Origin: Trichosphaerium sp. ATCC 40318 | Taxonomy: Eukaryota; Protista; Tubulinea | Direction: 5' to 3' | NCBI GenBank assembly: GCA_038496445.1 | Contig: JALMLS010000340.1 | Coordinates: forward strand, 1-64,000 | DNA: 64,000 bases | The notes under the pieces: model-generated | What the model was told of the DNA's origin: nothing | What the model saw: only the letters and a program-made list of their open reading frames with translations | Database searches by the model: none | Shown here: piece by piece, positions 49,154-62,710 of the stretch | How the letters are laid out: each line of letters begins with the position of its first letter | Position numbering within the stretch: the first letter of the stretch is position 1 | Translations under genes and position numbers: made by a program

Positions 49154-52100
49154 ATGGCTTCGCGACAAGTAAAGGCCGCCCAGAGAACGATCACGGCGCA
49201 AATGAATTCAGCCAAAAGGTTCGTTAAACAAGGAAACGAAGCCAACACCAATAAATGTGTGGCAACCATCAAGGCCAAGCTTGATTCAATCGCAAACGAA
49301 CTTGGAAAAACATCTGAGGTAAACTGATGACAATCACGTTTTTTTTCCACTAACTGCTTTGAACCTCAGGGTAAAGCTTACAAAGCTGATGTTGAAGCTT
49401 TCATTGCAGATGTAGCAAACCAGCTTGTAACAGCTGTAGCTGAGAAAAAAGCCAAAGATATTCTTAAAGCTATAAACACCCAGGTAAGGAACTCAGTATT
49501 CACCCTTTGAGGACTCACTATCTGTCAACAATTAGCTTCGTGCCAGAACAAATGCTGTAAAACGTACTCCAACCAAAGTACCTCTCATTGATGATAAGAT
49601 ACGTACTATTCTTAATGGGGAAGCCATTGGAATTCTTGAGGCAACAAAAGATGGGAAAGAAATGATCGACAACTTGAAATCTCTTGGAGTTTTCGATGGT
49701 ACATAGCTTTAATACATGCCATTGAGTTCTGTATAACGCTTTTCAGGTAATAATCCAGCTGCTACACAGAGTGGTGACAACGGAGGCAGCAATTTATCGG
49801 CGGATACAGCCGCAAAGTTCAACCTCGTTAAAGCAAAATTCACTAGGTACTTTTTTGTATTTCGTTTATTGTTTCTAACGGTTATGTAGACCTTTGGAAC
49901 AAATGAAAAAGAACATGAAAACAAGTGTCAAGAGAGCTGAAAAGTTCCGCGATACCGTGAAGTCTCTGGTAGATGATAATTTATCCGTTCTGGAAGAAGA
50001 GGGTAAACTGTTGTGTGAAATCCGTTCAGCCTTGTCAGAGTATGATAGAGGTACTTTTCTACAATGTCCAAAACCACAGTACGTTCTGACCACATCCAGC
50101 TGTTATAGCGGAAAGTCTTAAAGGTATTATTTCGCCCGTATCTTCCGCGCAGAGAAGTCTTGAGTCTGCATTGAATAAACGCAACGCAAGATCCTGTGGT
50201 AGTTCTTTCACAAAGATGAGCGATGCCCTCGAAACGGTGAAAGACGCTTTGCTTAAGAGTAAGGCTGGTAAAGAGTACTATAAGTCTACTGTTGATTATT
50301 TGGCATCTGCCGAAACCAAGATTGAATCTATCAAGCTCGAAGCTGAGGTAACAGAATATTGACGTTTGACACATGTGTTTATACTTTTTTTTTACAGGCA
50401 GCAGGGATGATCAAAACCGCCCGGAATCAAATGAGACAAGTCAATTCGAATATCGATAAGGGTAACCCTCAACGTACTTTGAATTTTTGGGAGAAAGTGC
50501 AAGCTGCTTCCGAGGAGGTACGGTTTAGCTCCTTTCCAAAAAGCGACTTGTTTATTCATTTTTTGTTTTAGCTTCTGACTGCACGCTTTGCTGATGCCAA
50601 ACTCGACACTGTGGAGGAATACACTAAAGAGTATGAGGCCATGAAGCAAAGGATTGAAATTGAAATTCGTACGTTTGTTTTATACGGTGTAAGGAGTACT
50701 CATATTTGAGTCCTAGCGAAAATGGTTGAAGAACAAGAGGTTGCAGAAGTGGTAGGCCAACTGAATAGGGCAATAAACATGTGCGAAAGGATACTTACAA
50801 CAAACGCATTGTCTTCTGCTGGGGCATGCCTACATACTGCCAAAAACTATCTGATAGAGCTCTCTAAGTACAGTACGCAACACCTTATTACGAACATGTA
50901 TGTGATCACTTATCTAACCTTTATTTGTTTAGAATCTGATGAAGCAGTTAGAGAATATGGAATGCTTTCAAAGAAAGTAGAATCTGTTTCGAAATCACTA
51001 GAACCTCTCATGAAAAGGGCCAGAGCCGAGTCCATGGTAAGACCATAGTTTGTTGGTAGTGTTAAGTCTAATTATTGTACAGGTTACAGACGCTAGGAAC
51101 ATGTATGTGCTTACCAAGTTGGAGGATAACATGAAGGACAAGAATATAGAAAAAGTCATCTTGGGCTTGGCAGACCTTCAAGAGCTTACTTCTGATCTCA
51201 AAGAGTATGACATACCGCTCAATTGAATGTATTTCTAATCTTTTGATAAAAGGAACCACAGTGATTTGGAGGTGGTTAAAAAGTTCTTAGAGGAAGCAAA
51301 CGCTTTGGAGAAGAAGATTGACGAGGAACTTGGCGACGTTGTAAAAAGTAAGCGTGGTTTTTTTTTTCACATCACGTGACCTTCACTCACTGTGCTCTAG
51401 CTAAAATGGTAGAAATTCTACTAGCAGAAGGAAAGCGTACAATTACCAACCTTCAACAGTCATTAGATGCAAAGTCTATTATCAAGTGTGCTGCGTACAA
51501 ACAGCTATTGAAGCAAGTATCAAAACAGATGTCCAACTTTACTTCAAACTCTCTCTGTTCTGGTACTAGAAAATGACATTATTGCCTCTAATATAGTTAG
51601 GTTTTTGTGGACAAGCGAGTGATTTGATTAAAGAAGTAGATAAAAAAATACCGTCAATGAAGAAAGACCAGCTATCAGCTGCTATCGACAGTCGTTCAAA
51701 AGTACTTCTTTTACTTTAATAGACAAATCAGCTTATTCATTTGAAGGTTCTTCTTCCAGCTTTGAACGATGCAATTGCTTCCAAAGATGAACGCGAAGCA
51801 TCATATTATGTAAAGCGTATCAAGGCTCTTTGTGAAGAATATGAAACAGAGGACGTTGTCAAAGGACAGATAGGAAAAATAAGAGAATCCTTAGCTATAG
51901 CAGAATCACAGATTAAGCAGATTCAACCTGTACCCACTTACGCTAGTTTAAACGTATGCTAATAGGTTCCTTAGGATGCTTCGATGAATGTTACGGTTGA
52001 CTGGAAAGCCTCAACAGCTGTGCAAAAACAAGTCAAGAGCATCAAAGATGGGTTCACCGGGTTTGAAGAATATGTTCAACGTGTATGCCAACTATGAAGC

Positions 52101-53851
52101 TTTTATCACAAATTCATTCAATATCTAACACGTAGTACTAGATTCACGACTTCACAGAAAAAAATGTGCGCTTGAACGGAACAAAAATGATTGCGGGTGC
52201 TTGGGGAACATCTCAAGTTGATACAATGAAGAGTAACGCGCTCAAACAGCTATCGAAAGCCAAAGGTAACACACTGAGCGCTATGCTCTTTCCTTGCTAA
52301 CTCACAGCACATAGACGGTATCCAAGCGTTGCAGAGCGAGGACTCATCCAATGATATTATTGCACCAGCCAAAGAAGAAGCAAGTCGGTTAAAGAACCTG
52401 CTCGATAGTCTTATTAAAAAAACCATTCCAAAAATTAAGTATGCTGAAGCCATGTGCAACGCACGTGCAAACTATATGCGTGCACAAGACAAGAGTGCTC
52501 GCGTTCCAAAACCTGTCCGATACTATGAGTACGCAATACCAGCTAACAATACCGTTACTTTGCTGACGTTAAGTTAGTGACATTAAAGATCTTGGTACCG
52601 CTATAAAATCACTGGAAGTTACCAAAATTTCATTGGCAGCGACTGGAGGAATCAGAAAAGATGATACGCCATCAATGGAGCTTGCTGCTAAGATCTCAGA
52701 CTTGAGCACTAACGTACGTCACCTAAAACAAAAATACTATCAAGGCTAACACGTGCACAGCTTGAAATACTGTTCAAAGAAGAAAGCGTCAATCTCTACA
52801 GGAAAAATATCTCCGACGCAAACTTGGATAGTGCTGATGAGTACGTCATAAAGACATGTTTGGCGCTACATAAAAGTTAATAACACTTAACAGGATCGAA
52901 AAAATGTTGAATGACAACTATCCACAAAGTGAAGAGCTCAAGTTTGTTAAGGACTTTGGTGGTAAGTTCAAAAAGGCTCTAGCGGATGAGTCTGCTCGTA
53001 GACAGGCAGAGTACGAAAAAGAAAAAGCAGAAAAGGAGCGCATTGCGGAAATAAAGAAGGCTGAATTTCGTAAAAAGTATCATGCACCTTACACTGGTGG
53101 TTCTATTGTTTCTAGAGCAGAAAAATGGACCTTGACTATGGACGAAAAGCATGGCTTACTAGTCAGTACGTAGCGCGTCTTAAAAACTATGTGGCAATAT
53201 AAAAAATTACCTAGACGGCGCTGATGAACGCGAAACGTTCATGTGGCATGCTAATCCTGAGGGTTATTGGATTTCTCATCATAGCGATAAAGTACGAAGC
53301 TATCATAACTATGGTTACGCCAAGATTGTAGATCATTGTAATCTTGTCACCTTTTACTTAAAAGCCCAAGCTGTTGGTACGTATCTTGGTAAATGTTTTT
53401 GAAAAAAACTTGTTTCTAATGCTTGGGTGCTAAAAATAGATCAAACCAAAACGTGGACAAAGTACTCATGTGGTCCGAACAGTTTTATTGAAGAGGACAC
53501 AGGCGTAGAATGGACAATAAATAATGGCACGCTAACGGCAAAAGGAGATGAAAGAAAGGTTGGTCAAAACTTGATGGATTTTTCTTAGTTTGCTCCTTGT
53601 GTACTTATTTTTTGCTTTAGCTACGTGATTTTCCAGCCACAGAAGTAAAGTTTGACAAGGGTGTACCACCAATAGTTGTACGTGTTATACTTCCTTCAGA
53701 AGCCCTTGTTGACTCGCGCACATAGGCCTTGTTTGTAGCAGTATGTCGTAAACCTTTGGAATCCATCCAACCATGGCGTAGACAAAGACGTATCATTTAT
53801 GAAGAGCAAGAAAAAATGAGAATGTTAACGTTAAAACTCAGGCTTGTGTAA
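49154..53851 (+). CDS. Large hypothetical alpha-helical protein (>1000 aa, many short introns) with a Trp-rich beta-type C-terminal region
   Basis: Consecutive K/E/A-rich helical exons joined by canonical introns, from MASRQVKAAQR to ...RMLTLKLRLV*. No family recognised. Confidence 0.65.
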
Positions 53852-53889
53852 TTACTTGTACACCGAAGCTGGAAATAAATTTTCTTGTT

Positions 53890-56800
53890 TTATTTCTTTG
53901 TATCTTTTTGGAGATGCACTGGAAGCACTGGCTCCTTACTTTCTTTGTACTTTTCATACATTTCACTCAATGTTTGTTCAAGTTGTTTTGCAGTTGGTCT
54001 GCCCTCGGGATCATGCTCAAGGCACCTAGAAAAAGCAAGTCAATTAGTACACTCAACCTCCATAAAAACGATCTAACTTACATTTGTGTTAACTCAGCAT
54101 ACTGCTTTGGCCAATAATCAGGGACTATTGGTGTGATACCCTTCAAATATTGTAAGTTTTTGAAAAAAGTAAAACAGCAGATTTTAGATTAAAAATACCT
54201 TGACAATGCTATCCTCAATCTGCTTGGAATCCATGTTGGCATATGGACTTAGGGTACCACAAGTGCCAAGTTCCCAAAGGTATAGACCAAATTGGTACAC
54301 ATCCGTCTTGTTAGAGCATAGACTGTTCACAAGAGTCTAAAAATACATTATTTAGCGCCTTTAGATGACAAGCACTAGTCCTTCAATTTACCTCCGGTGC
54401 AACATAGCGGACATCAACACTTTGGTCAAGTGCTCTATCTCCTCCTTTTGAAGCAATACCAAAGTTGCTAAGCATGCAAACACCCTCGCGAACAAGGACA
54501 GTGCGCGCACATATAAGATTATGCAGGATACCTTCTGTATGTAGATGTAACAATCCCTTTGCTCCCTGATACGCAAAGTCTACGACCTATACAACAAAAT
54601 AAGGTACGTTTTGATGAGGTGTTCGTACGTTTGCCCATGTTGCTGTGTCTTTCCTTGTTGAAAGGAAATAACTTGTGCTATGAGAAGTCGCATATTGGCT
54701 TACTATAGCAGCCTTCCCTTTGATCATTGCTAAACCATAGAAAACAAGAATGTTCGGATGTGGCTTAAGTTGGCTAAAAGAATAGTAAGCCAAGAAAGCA
54801 CGTGATGGTAACAAAATAGCCGTACCGATATATTTGAGCCTCATTGAAAAACCGCCGCATATCTGTTTCAAGCGCTGTTTTGCTGTTTAACATACGTATG
54901 ACTACATCCTTATCCTTCCACTTACAAACAAATAGGAATCCAAAAGAAGATACCTAACAGAGGTTACGGTATTGAAAAAAATTGTATGAATGATAATAGT
55001 GTTTACCTTGCCAATGTCTACAAGACACCTAATTGGTTTCAGTTCCTTGCCATCTATTGTAGTGTTTTTAATCCAATAGTCTGTGCTCCAAGTATACACT
55101 GCATCGAGTAATGTCTTCGAGATGACATTGGCCGTGTGTGCTGCCTCGTCGTTCAAGTTTTTATCTTGTTTTGCAAAAGTCTGTAACATTTCTGCGCACT
55201 CCTTCACTTCCCAGTATCTATCACGACGACTATGGATATGTTATTCAATCAAGTACGCACAAACGGATTTAATAGTATTTTTTTAGTTACCTTGGGTTGA
55301 TTTCAATAGCATCACAGTATTTGAAGGCCGCAAGCAACAAGAAATCAAAGTTGTCAATAGCTTTTGCCTTGCTCAACATAATATTAGCCCAATGATACAA
55401 TATCCTAGCATTATCAGGAGACAAACTATATGCACGAGAAAGTGCTTTCTATAGAAATGAATTAGTATTAACCTATTACATTAACACTTATTGGGTACCT
55501 GACATTGAGCAAACCAAGTTTGGTCTCCACCAACCTATTAACAAAAGTTTACTTGATGTTGCTGGCTTTTAAGTACTTACTCGTTCATGTTCTTCGCAAA
55601 GAACCTTTGCGTATAATAGCCACGCTCTGGATTCATTTGGTTCTAGTTCAACAGCCTTTATAAGGAGTGCTTTACTGTTCTTGAGGTGCTCCAGGTCTTT
55701 TTTTTTTTTGGTTAGAAGTCTAAATTTGTTGACTCCACGCTGCTCGTACCTGTTCCTGAGAACCATTCGTATAGCTGATAAAATGCATTTGCGTATTGGT
55801 AATACACTAAACCATCTTCAGGGTTTTTACGCAAATACTTTTTGTAGTAAGTCAAGGAACTCTCAACACGTTTTTGACTCTTTGTAATCTTTCCCAATTT
55901 AAATAAAATATTGGCTAAAAGAAGGACTGATTTCTTTCGTGAATTCTGAGATATAACATCTGCTCGGGCCCTAGAACGCACAGTCGTTTTAATAATGTGT
56001 TCCAACCTCGTCTCAGCCATCTCTAGAAAAGCTTGTTAGAACACCAGTCGCAACAATAGTGTTAAAAAAGAAGTTACTTACCCAAGTATATAACTGCCTT
56101 AAACAGTTTTTTTTTGGCTTCTAAACAAGCCAGTTTATACAACACAAGACTGTGGTAATACAATTCAATGTGTCCACCAGGATGGACTTTGATTGCATCT
56201 AACAAAAATGAGAACACGATAGTGGAGACTTTGCAACAAAAATACCTGTAAATTTAGCTCTACTTGAATCTAACAGCCAAAGGCTTTCGTCTCCTTTAGA
56301 GTGGCTAGCCTTATTGAGAAGAAGCAATCCTTCAACATATGGTATAATGTTCAGGGTTTTTACATTTGGATTTATGCTTACTACATTGAATAAATTAAGA
56401 ACCATTCTTTGAAAGTGTTTGGATTGATTGTGCGTACCAATATCCATTTCGTGTAGAGGCGAATCACGTTTGAACCAACCTACTTTAGTGGAATACTTGA
56501 TTGCAGGAGGCGTCAATAGAATACCACAAAGAACACAGACACGTTGAAATAGTTTGATGAGTATTGTTTCGTCTCTTAGACTACATTGAATTGAAAACTC
56601 CTCTTTCATCAAAGCACCATAAAACTTTTCGTTCATCTCCTAACATAGATTGTTTAGCCTACAATCCACGCATTTATATTCACTTACAGACTTAATGCTA
56701 AATTGCCAGTAGAGTTTGCTATCTTTGCCTGTACCAAGAACTGTGTTCAAGTACTCTGCTGTTATTTTCTTGTAAGTTTCTTGATGGGCGTATGGAGACT

Positions 56801-59149
56801 TCTTCATCTCATGACGCCACCTTTCAAAACTGTTACAAAAAGCCTCTAGTACTAAGCACATACCGCCTTCTCAGATTATTTTTTACAATCCTTGCAACCA
56901 TCTCTATGGTAGCGACACGTTTGAGTGCTTGAGTCTTTGCAAACCTACGAATCAAACCAAGCTTTCTGCAATACTATTGTCAATGCCTCAACAATATAGA
57001 ATGCTTTTACACTCACCTAACATTGATTCCCTCTCTGTGCATTTCTTCTATTAACATTTGAAACGCCTTCTTTGTGGTGCTATTAAAAAAAGAAAAAAGT
57101 AAGAAAAAAACGTCATTCCAACCTTGAGCCTGTACGTACTTTGCACGAAGTTTACCGTAAATACCATTACTTCCACTTCGTAGATGACGTGTACCACTCG
57201 TAATATCTTGAAACAGGTGCTTTTCAAATCTTTCTACAAAGGCTGGAATCACCTTTTCGTTCAAGTATCTGCTTGCTTTAATGATTTCCTTGAATTGAAC
57301 TTAGCAACATCGAAAAATATTATGTTGCCTTGTTTAGTGGATGCTTACGCTATTGTGTATATCTGCATCAAATCTTCCAAAACGTGATAAAGCATCAGAA
57401 GATAATGGCTTGTGATACTTTTTGACAAACTCTGGTCTCAGAAGCTTGTATAAAAAAGCGCCCTTTGCAGATTTCTCAGTGCTACATAATCGTTAACACG
57501 GTAAACAACCTTCCTTAAAATCCATACTCTCTCGTTGCCTCAGGAGGAACTAAAAACGAGAGTTAATACTGAGTAGTAAATCGACTAAAAACATTGTATT
57601 TAAAGCACATACAAACACGTGCAAAGTCGAGAATATAGATTCTTCCATCCTATTTTTACAATCTTTTAGCAATACTTCAAGTTACTTAATATGGCGTACC
57701 AAGCCCCTATGTATCTCTATATCAGTAGGAGCATGAAGAACTAAATCACCACTGACTGCGTGACCTTTTATATTCAATTTTTTTGCCGCGGATACCATGA
57801 TATCGTCGATTTCTGTTGATTTATTGTGAATAATCACGCCACCGTCAGCAGAGCCATATTGTATAGTGTCATTATCGATTGGTAATACAGCAAGAGCTAT
57901 AAGTCTATACCCTCTATAGTCTAGAAATAACGCATTAGAACAATTTGAAGAACTTATGACGTGTATTCAAGTACCAATGAGAGCTAACAAAGGGAAATGT
58001 AATTCTGTCATTTGTCTGTAACCCATTAATCCTTTAAGTTCATGTCCACCCACTTTTGCAGCATACTCATCACCACCATATATACCCTAATCATTGTTAT
58101 TATTAAAAGTGCAACAGACATCGCATATAGTCACCTTGTGGTCGATAGCAAACTTGAAGAGTATCCCTGTTTTCAAATGTGAGCTACAAACGCCAGATAT
58201 TATTTCAAAAATTGGGTATGTGCTTACCTTGCTTGATAAACTTTGTACCGCCAGCAATACCACCAATGTTGACCGGTTTGATCGTTTTCGCTGCATTTCA
58301 AATAAGCAAGACTAATTTTGAACAAAGTGCTCATCGTAAACAAGAAAGGTACCTGTATCTGGCAAGTGCATTTCAGATATGATAATTTTACCATACATAG
58401 TAGCTGCAGCTACGAAATCCTTTGTGACACGCAACCTGAGGTTAAATAAGCGCACTGGGGAGATCACAATAAGATAAGATACGTACAGCTCCATATAAAA
58501 GGATGACAACTCCTCAATAGCGTGTGCATCCTGTTTCACGTGTTAACGATAATTCTTTTTTTTTTTGGTCATAAAAACATACTTGAGCGACATCCCCCAG
58601 TATCTCATTGAGCGCATCCATCAAGTCCTGGAATTTTTCATTCCAACCTGTATCTGCAATAATTGTTACAATCAGCCCGGGGTCACTAGAAAACTTGAAC
58701 TACTAACCTTTTTCTTCTCTGGATGGAGTGTCTTCTTCAGTTATAATATTTTCGTTTGTGCAATACGTGTATGAAGATATACTGGCTGTATCACTATAAA
58801 CGTAGTCTCCAGTTTTAGAAGAGGTCAGACTATCGGCGGATGAAACTCTGTTTTTAGTATTATCATCAGTACAAAACATGTTTTCGGCGTTGATGACAAG
58901 TTCGTTGTTGTACGCGCACCTCCGTATACTAAATTTTCCGTCTTTATCCTTTGCCTTTCTTGATTCTGGCGTAATCAGCTTCATAACGCGTGTACCAAAG
59001 GAATCCTCCTTTTTAAAAGGCGGAGGTTTAAAAGGTTTCTGCATAGTGTTAAAATGATCACAGCGGTTTGTTTTACGTACAGGCGGTGGCGAGTTGTAAA
59101 GAGAAGCTGATTCTTTTCCAGAGGCACTCCCATTTGCGTTTTCTTGCAT
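53890..59149 (-). CDS. Clu-domain protein with TPR region and a C-terminal degenerate (pseudo) TKL-type kinase domain
   Basis: Clu motifs GILFKFAID, AAKVGGHELKG, DYRGYRLIA, YGSADGG, DIEIHRG, DGRIYILDFARVFPP, EMHREGINVR. TPRs e.g. AVELEPNESRAW. Kinase fold HPNILVFYG, RYVAPE, DVYQFG, CLEHDPEGRP. Confidence 0.85.
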
Positions 59150-59474
59150 CCTGACTCCAACAAACACTAATTAGCTACTAATGATGCGGTTTTAGTCCAT
59201 TTCCAGTGCAATAGAAATAGCAGTCCAAGTGAGTCTCCTCTTACCTTATTTAATACCATCAAGCTGCTTTCACTTCCAACACATAGCCCTGTGGTGTACT
59301 TGAAGATTTATGTACGGGATTACTGAACAATTTGCACATTTTTCTGAGCGTTCACGGAACAACGTTATGGAAAAGAGAAATTTGTAGAAAAGAAGTAAGG
59401 GTTATTAATAATGAGTTTATCTAAATTTATTGTTATCAAGTCCGTTATACCAAGGTTAATTATGCGCCCTTATG

Positions 59475-61377
59475 TTAACTGCAGTCCAACATAACTTTAA
59501 TTGGCTTTGGTTTGCTTAGTTTCGTTCCTCGCTTTGGGAATCCCATCTAGAAAGACATGTTAATATAAGAATCAACGATACCAGTTATCACCTCAAAGGC
59601 AGCGTTGACATCCGCCAACTTGAAGTATCCCCAATCACGTGAAGGTATAAGACCTTTTACATTTAATTTTCCTTCGCTTAGTAGCCGAATAACCTCTGGG
59701 TACGTGTCACGATATCTAAACACAAACAACGATTAGAGTCGATTATAGGTAAAAATAATCACGAAAATATCAGTTAGAACTGACTGTGATTACTCACCTG
59801 AAAATGCCTTTTACTGTCAGTTCTTTTACGCCAACTTGAGATATTGGCACGGCAGGCGTGGCATCAGCCATACCGATGAGCACTAATTATGGTTAGAAAC
59901 CCAAGGTAAAACGATTCAAAAGTTTCTCTCAAAAAAGCGTGTCGTGCCTACTGTCGCATTCTGGTATGCTGCATTTATACCAGTCTGTATCGATGACTGA
60001 AAACCTGAACACTCAATTACAGCATTGAAGTTACCCTCCACCTAATACATAATAAATATAAAAAGCAACATTATATCCCCTTACCATTGATTTCAGTTTT
60101 TCAGCAATTTCTTGTGGTGTACCCTTATTTCTAACGTTGAACGTTTGTACGTTATCACCTCCTATTTTCTTAGCAAATTCTAACTGCTCATCTACCACGT
60201 CTAGAAGTAATACATGTGTCAGAAGAAATTAGAAATCTTCCTTTAAAAATGTATGGGTACCTGTAATCACAACGTTTTTAGCACCATAGGCGAAAGCTGT
60301 GAGCATGCAGAGGCATCCAATAGATCCTGCGCCCAACACTAGAACAGTACAACCTGGTTTTTCAGGAACTCCTGCCTTTCTATTGGCATGAACTGCTACA
60401 CTCGCTGGCTCACATAAAGCGCCTTCTTCCAAGCTAACATTATCTGGTAATCTTAAGAAACTTTTGAGAACGATCAGAGATAGGTTATGAATTCCTTACT
60501 TGTACACCCATTTGGCTGGGTGTTTGTAATAGTTTGTTAGGGTGCCTAACGAGACAATGGATTTAGTACAACATCGTTGAAGGATGGTTTATCCAAAGGC
60601 TTACCGTTGACTGGCGGTGTTGCGCAAAACCGGACGCGAGGGCATAAATTGTAAAGGCCACGATCTCCAGTAGGTGAATTTGTTTTACACATGACGCAAT
60701 CACTACATGGAACACCAGGTTCAATAGCAACGCGGTCACCAACCTTCAAAAAAAGTCAAAAACATTTACTCTTTTTACACTGCTTAATTTTATAAAAATC
60801 ACGTGTTGTATTTTAGTACCTTTAATCCGCTGACCTTTGAGCCTAGTTTTGTAATGATGCCTGAGCTCTATAAAATACCACAAGTCAATTTATGCACCGC
60901 GTTCCCAAGTAGATAAAAAATAATGACGAAGAAAAGTAGAAAAGGTAAAAAACAACATTTCTAAGGAAAATTTTTTTTGCAAATACAAAAGGACACGAAA
61001 TGTCGCAATCAATTATATTTTTTTTGACACATGGCGTGTAGTGCTTTACCTCGTGACCGAGAATCATTGGTTCATTTACAATAAAATCCCAAATACGTCC
61101 GTGTACGCGGTAATGATCGTCTGACCCGCAGACGCCTACTACTTTCATCTGTATGAGTACGTCCGTGTCGCCTATTTCAGGGATGGGTATTGTTTCCTCA
61201 AAAGGTTTTAGTCCAAATCCTATGTGAACAGCCCGTCTTTATGACAAGCATGCGCGTCAAGAAAGCTAGAACGGCCAAATTTATGTTGTTAAATAAATAA
61301 CGCACCACTTTTAATTCTGGAGCGCAGCCCTCCTTACCAGGGTATAGTACAGCGGCTTTATTGGCGATTTGTGCCAT
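59475..61377 (-). CDS. SORD: Sorbitol/xylitol dehydrogenase (Zn-dependent MDR family)
   Basis: [69 protein letters not shown]. Confidence 0.92.
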
Positions 61378-61462
61378 TTTTGATGTGCTTTGCGTACTAA
61401 AAAAGAGTTTAAATAAGAATTGATCGTTAAGCAATTCTACGCTTATCAACGTGCCGCGTATA

Positions 61463-62585
61463 ATGTTCACGTACACACACGCGTTAGTGAGACATATTCC
61501 AAGCAAGTGCCTCAAACGTTATTTTGTATTTCGCTAACAGACTCTTAAAAGATTCATTCGAGAAGGCCCTTGCGCTTGAACCGCCTAAAACACCATTAGA
61601 TGTACCAAAAGCCAAACTACAACACGTTGATTATTGTAAAGCACTCAAACAACTCCTAGAAGTAGTAGAGGTAACAGTGCATGCGACCAACGAGGGTTCT
61701 AATAGTGTTAGGTGCCTGAGGACGATCGTTATCCAGATTGCGTTTTTATTGAAGATACAGCTGTCGTAGTAAACGACAAGGCGTTCATAACAAACCCTGG
61801 AGCGGATTCGCGTAAAGGGGAGCAAAATGCAGTACGACATGACTTGTACCAGCGTAGTTACCTCGTAATCTGATCAAATAGACGAGAGACGCTCTGCATA
61901 AGCTGGGATTTGAGATTTATGAGCTAAAAAGTCCTGGTACACTGGATGGAGGAGACGTTATGTACATTGGAAAGAGTACGTAACGAAAAGGCAGCTGCCC
62001 ACGTGACTGTCACTTAGTTTAGTATTTTTAACTAGTTTTTATTTGAATAGATATTTTTGTTGGGCTTTCTGCTAGGACCAATCAACATGCTATTGACCAA
62101 ATGCAAAAGTTTTTTACGGAGTGTGATGTGGTCGCTATACCTGTGACTCAAGGTGATTAACAAGAAATATTAGCTTGGGTCTAACACAAAGATAAAACTA
62201 GGATTGCATCTAAAGTCTGTAATGTCGCAATTTGATTTTGACACTGTTTGTATTGCTGATACACCACTTGGTCGCGAAGCAATGGCTGCTATAACTAAAT
62301 CTAATAGTAGCTACAAATTCGTTGTAGTGAAGGACGTACTGATGAGTAATGTATTGAGGTACGCTTTAAAAACAAACGATTTGACTCCAGTTAATGTTTT
62401 TTAAAAGAATTCAAGACACGATTGTTATGCAATCAGGATATCCCGATAGCGCAAAAATCATAAGGAAAGCGGCAGAAGAACGTAATTTAAACGTTGTGGA
62501 ATTCACGTACAATGAATTTGAAAAAGTGGATGGGTGTTTGTCGTGTTGTAGTATTCTTCTCAAAAAACCAGAAAATAAAAAATAG
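61463..62585 (+). CDS. DDAH: N(G),N(G)-dimethylarginine dimethylaminohydrolase
   Basis: QHVDYCKAL, YPDCVFIEDTAVV, SRKGE, LDGGDV, VGLSARTN, LHLKS, EFEKVDGCLSCCSIL. Confidence 0.92.
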
Positions 62586-62710
62586 AACTTACTTTATTTT
62601 TTTTGATAGTTTTTGATAACAATATGGATAGATAGATATTTTAATGTTTCTCCGCTTTCTGCGGTCATACACAAGTTGTATCACGATTTTTTAATGGCTC
62701 AATTTCGTTA

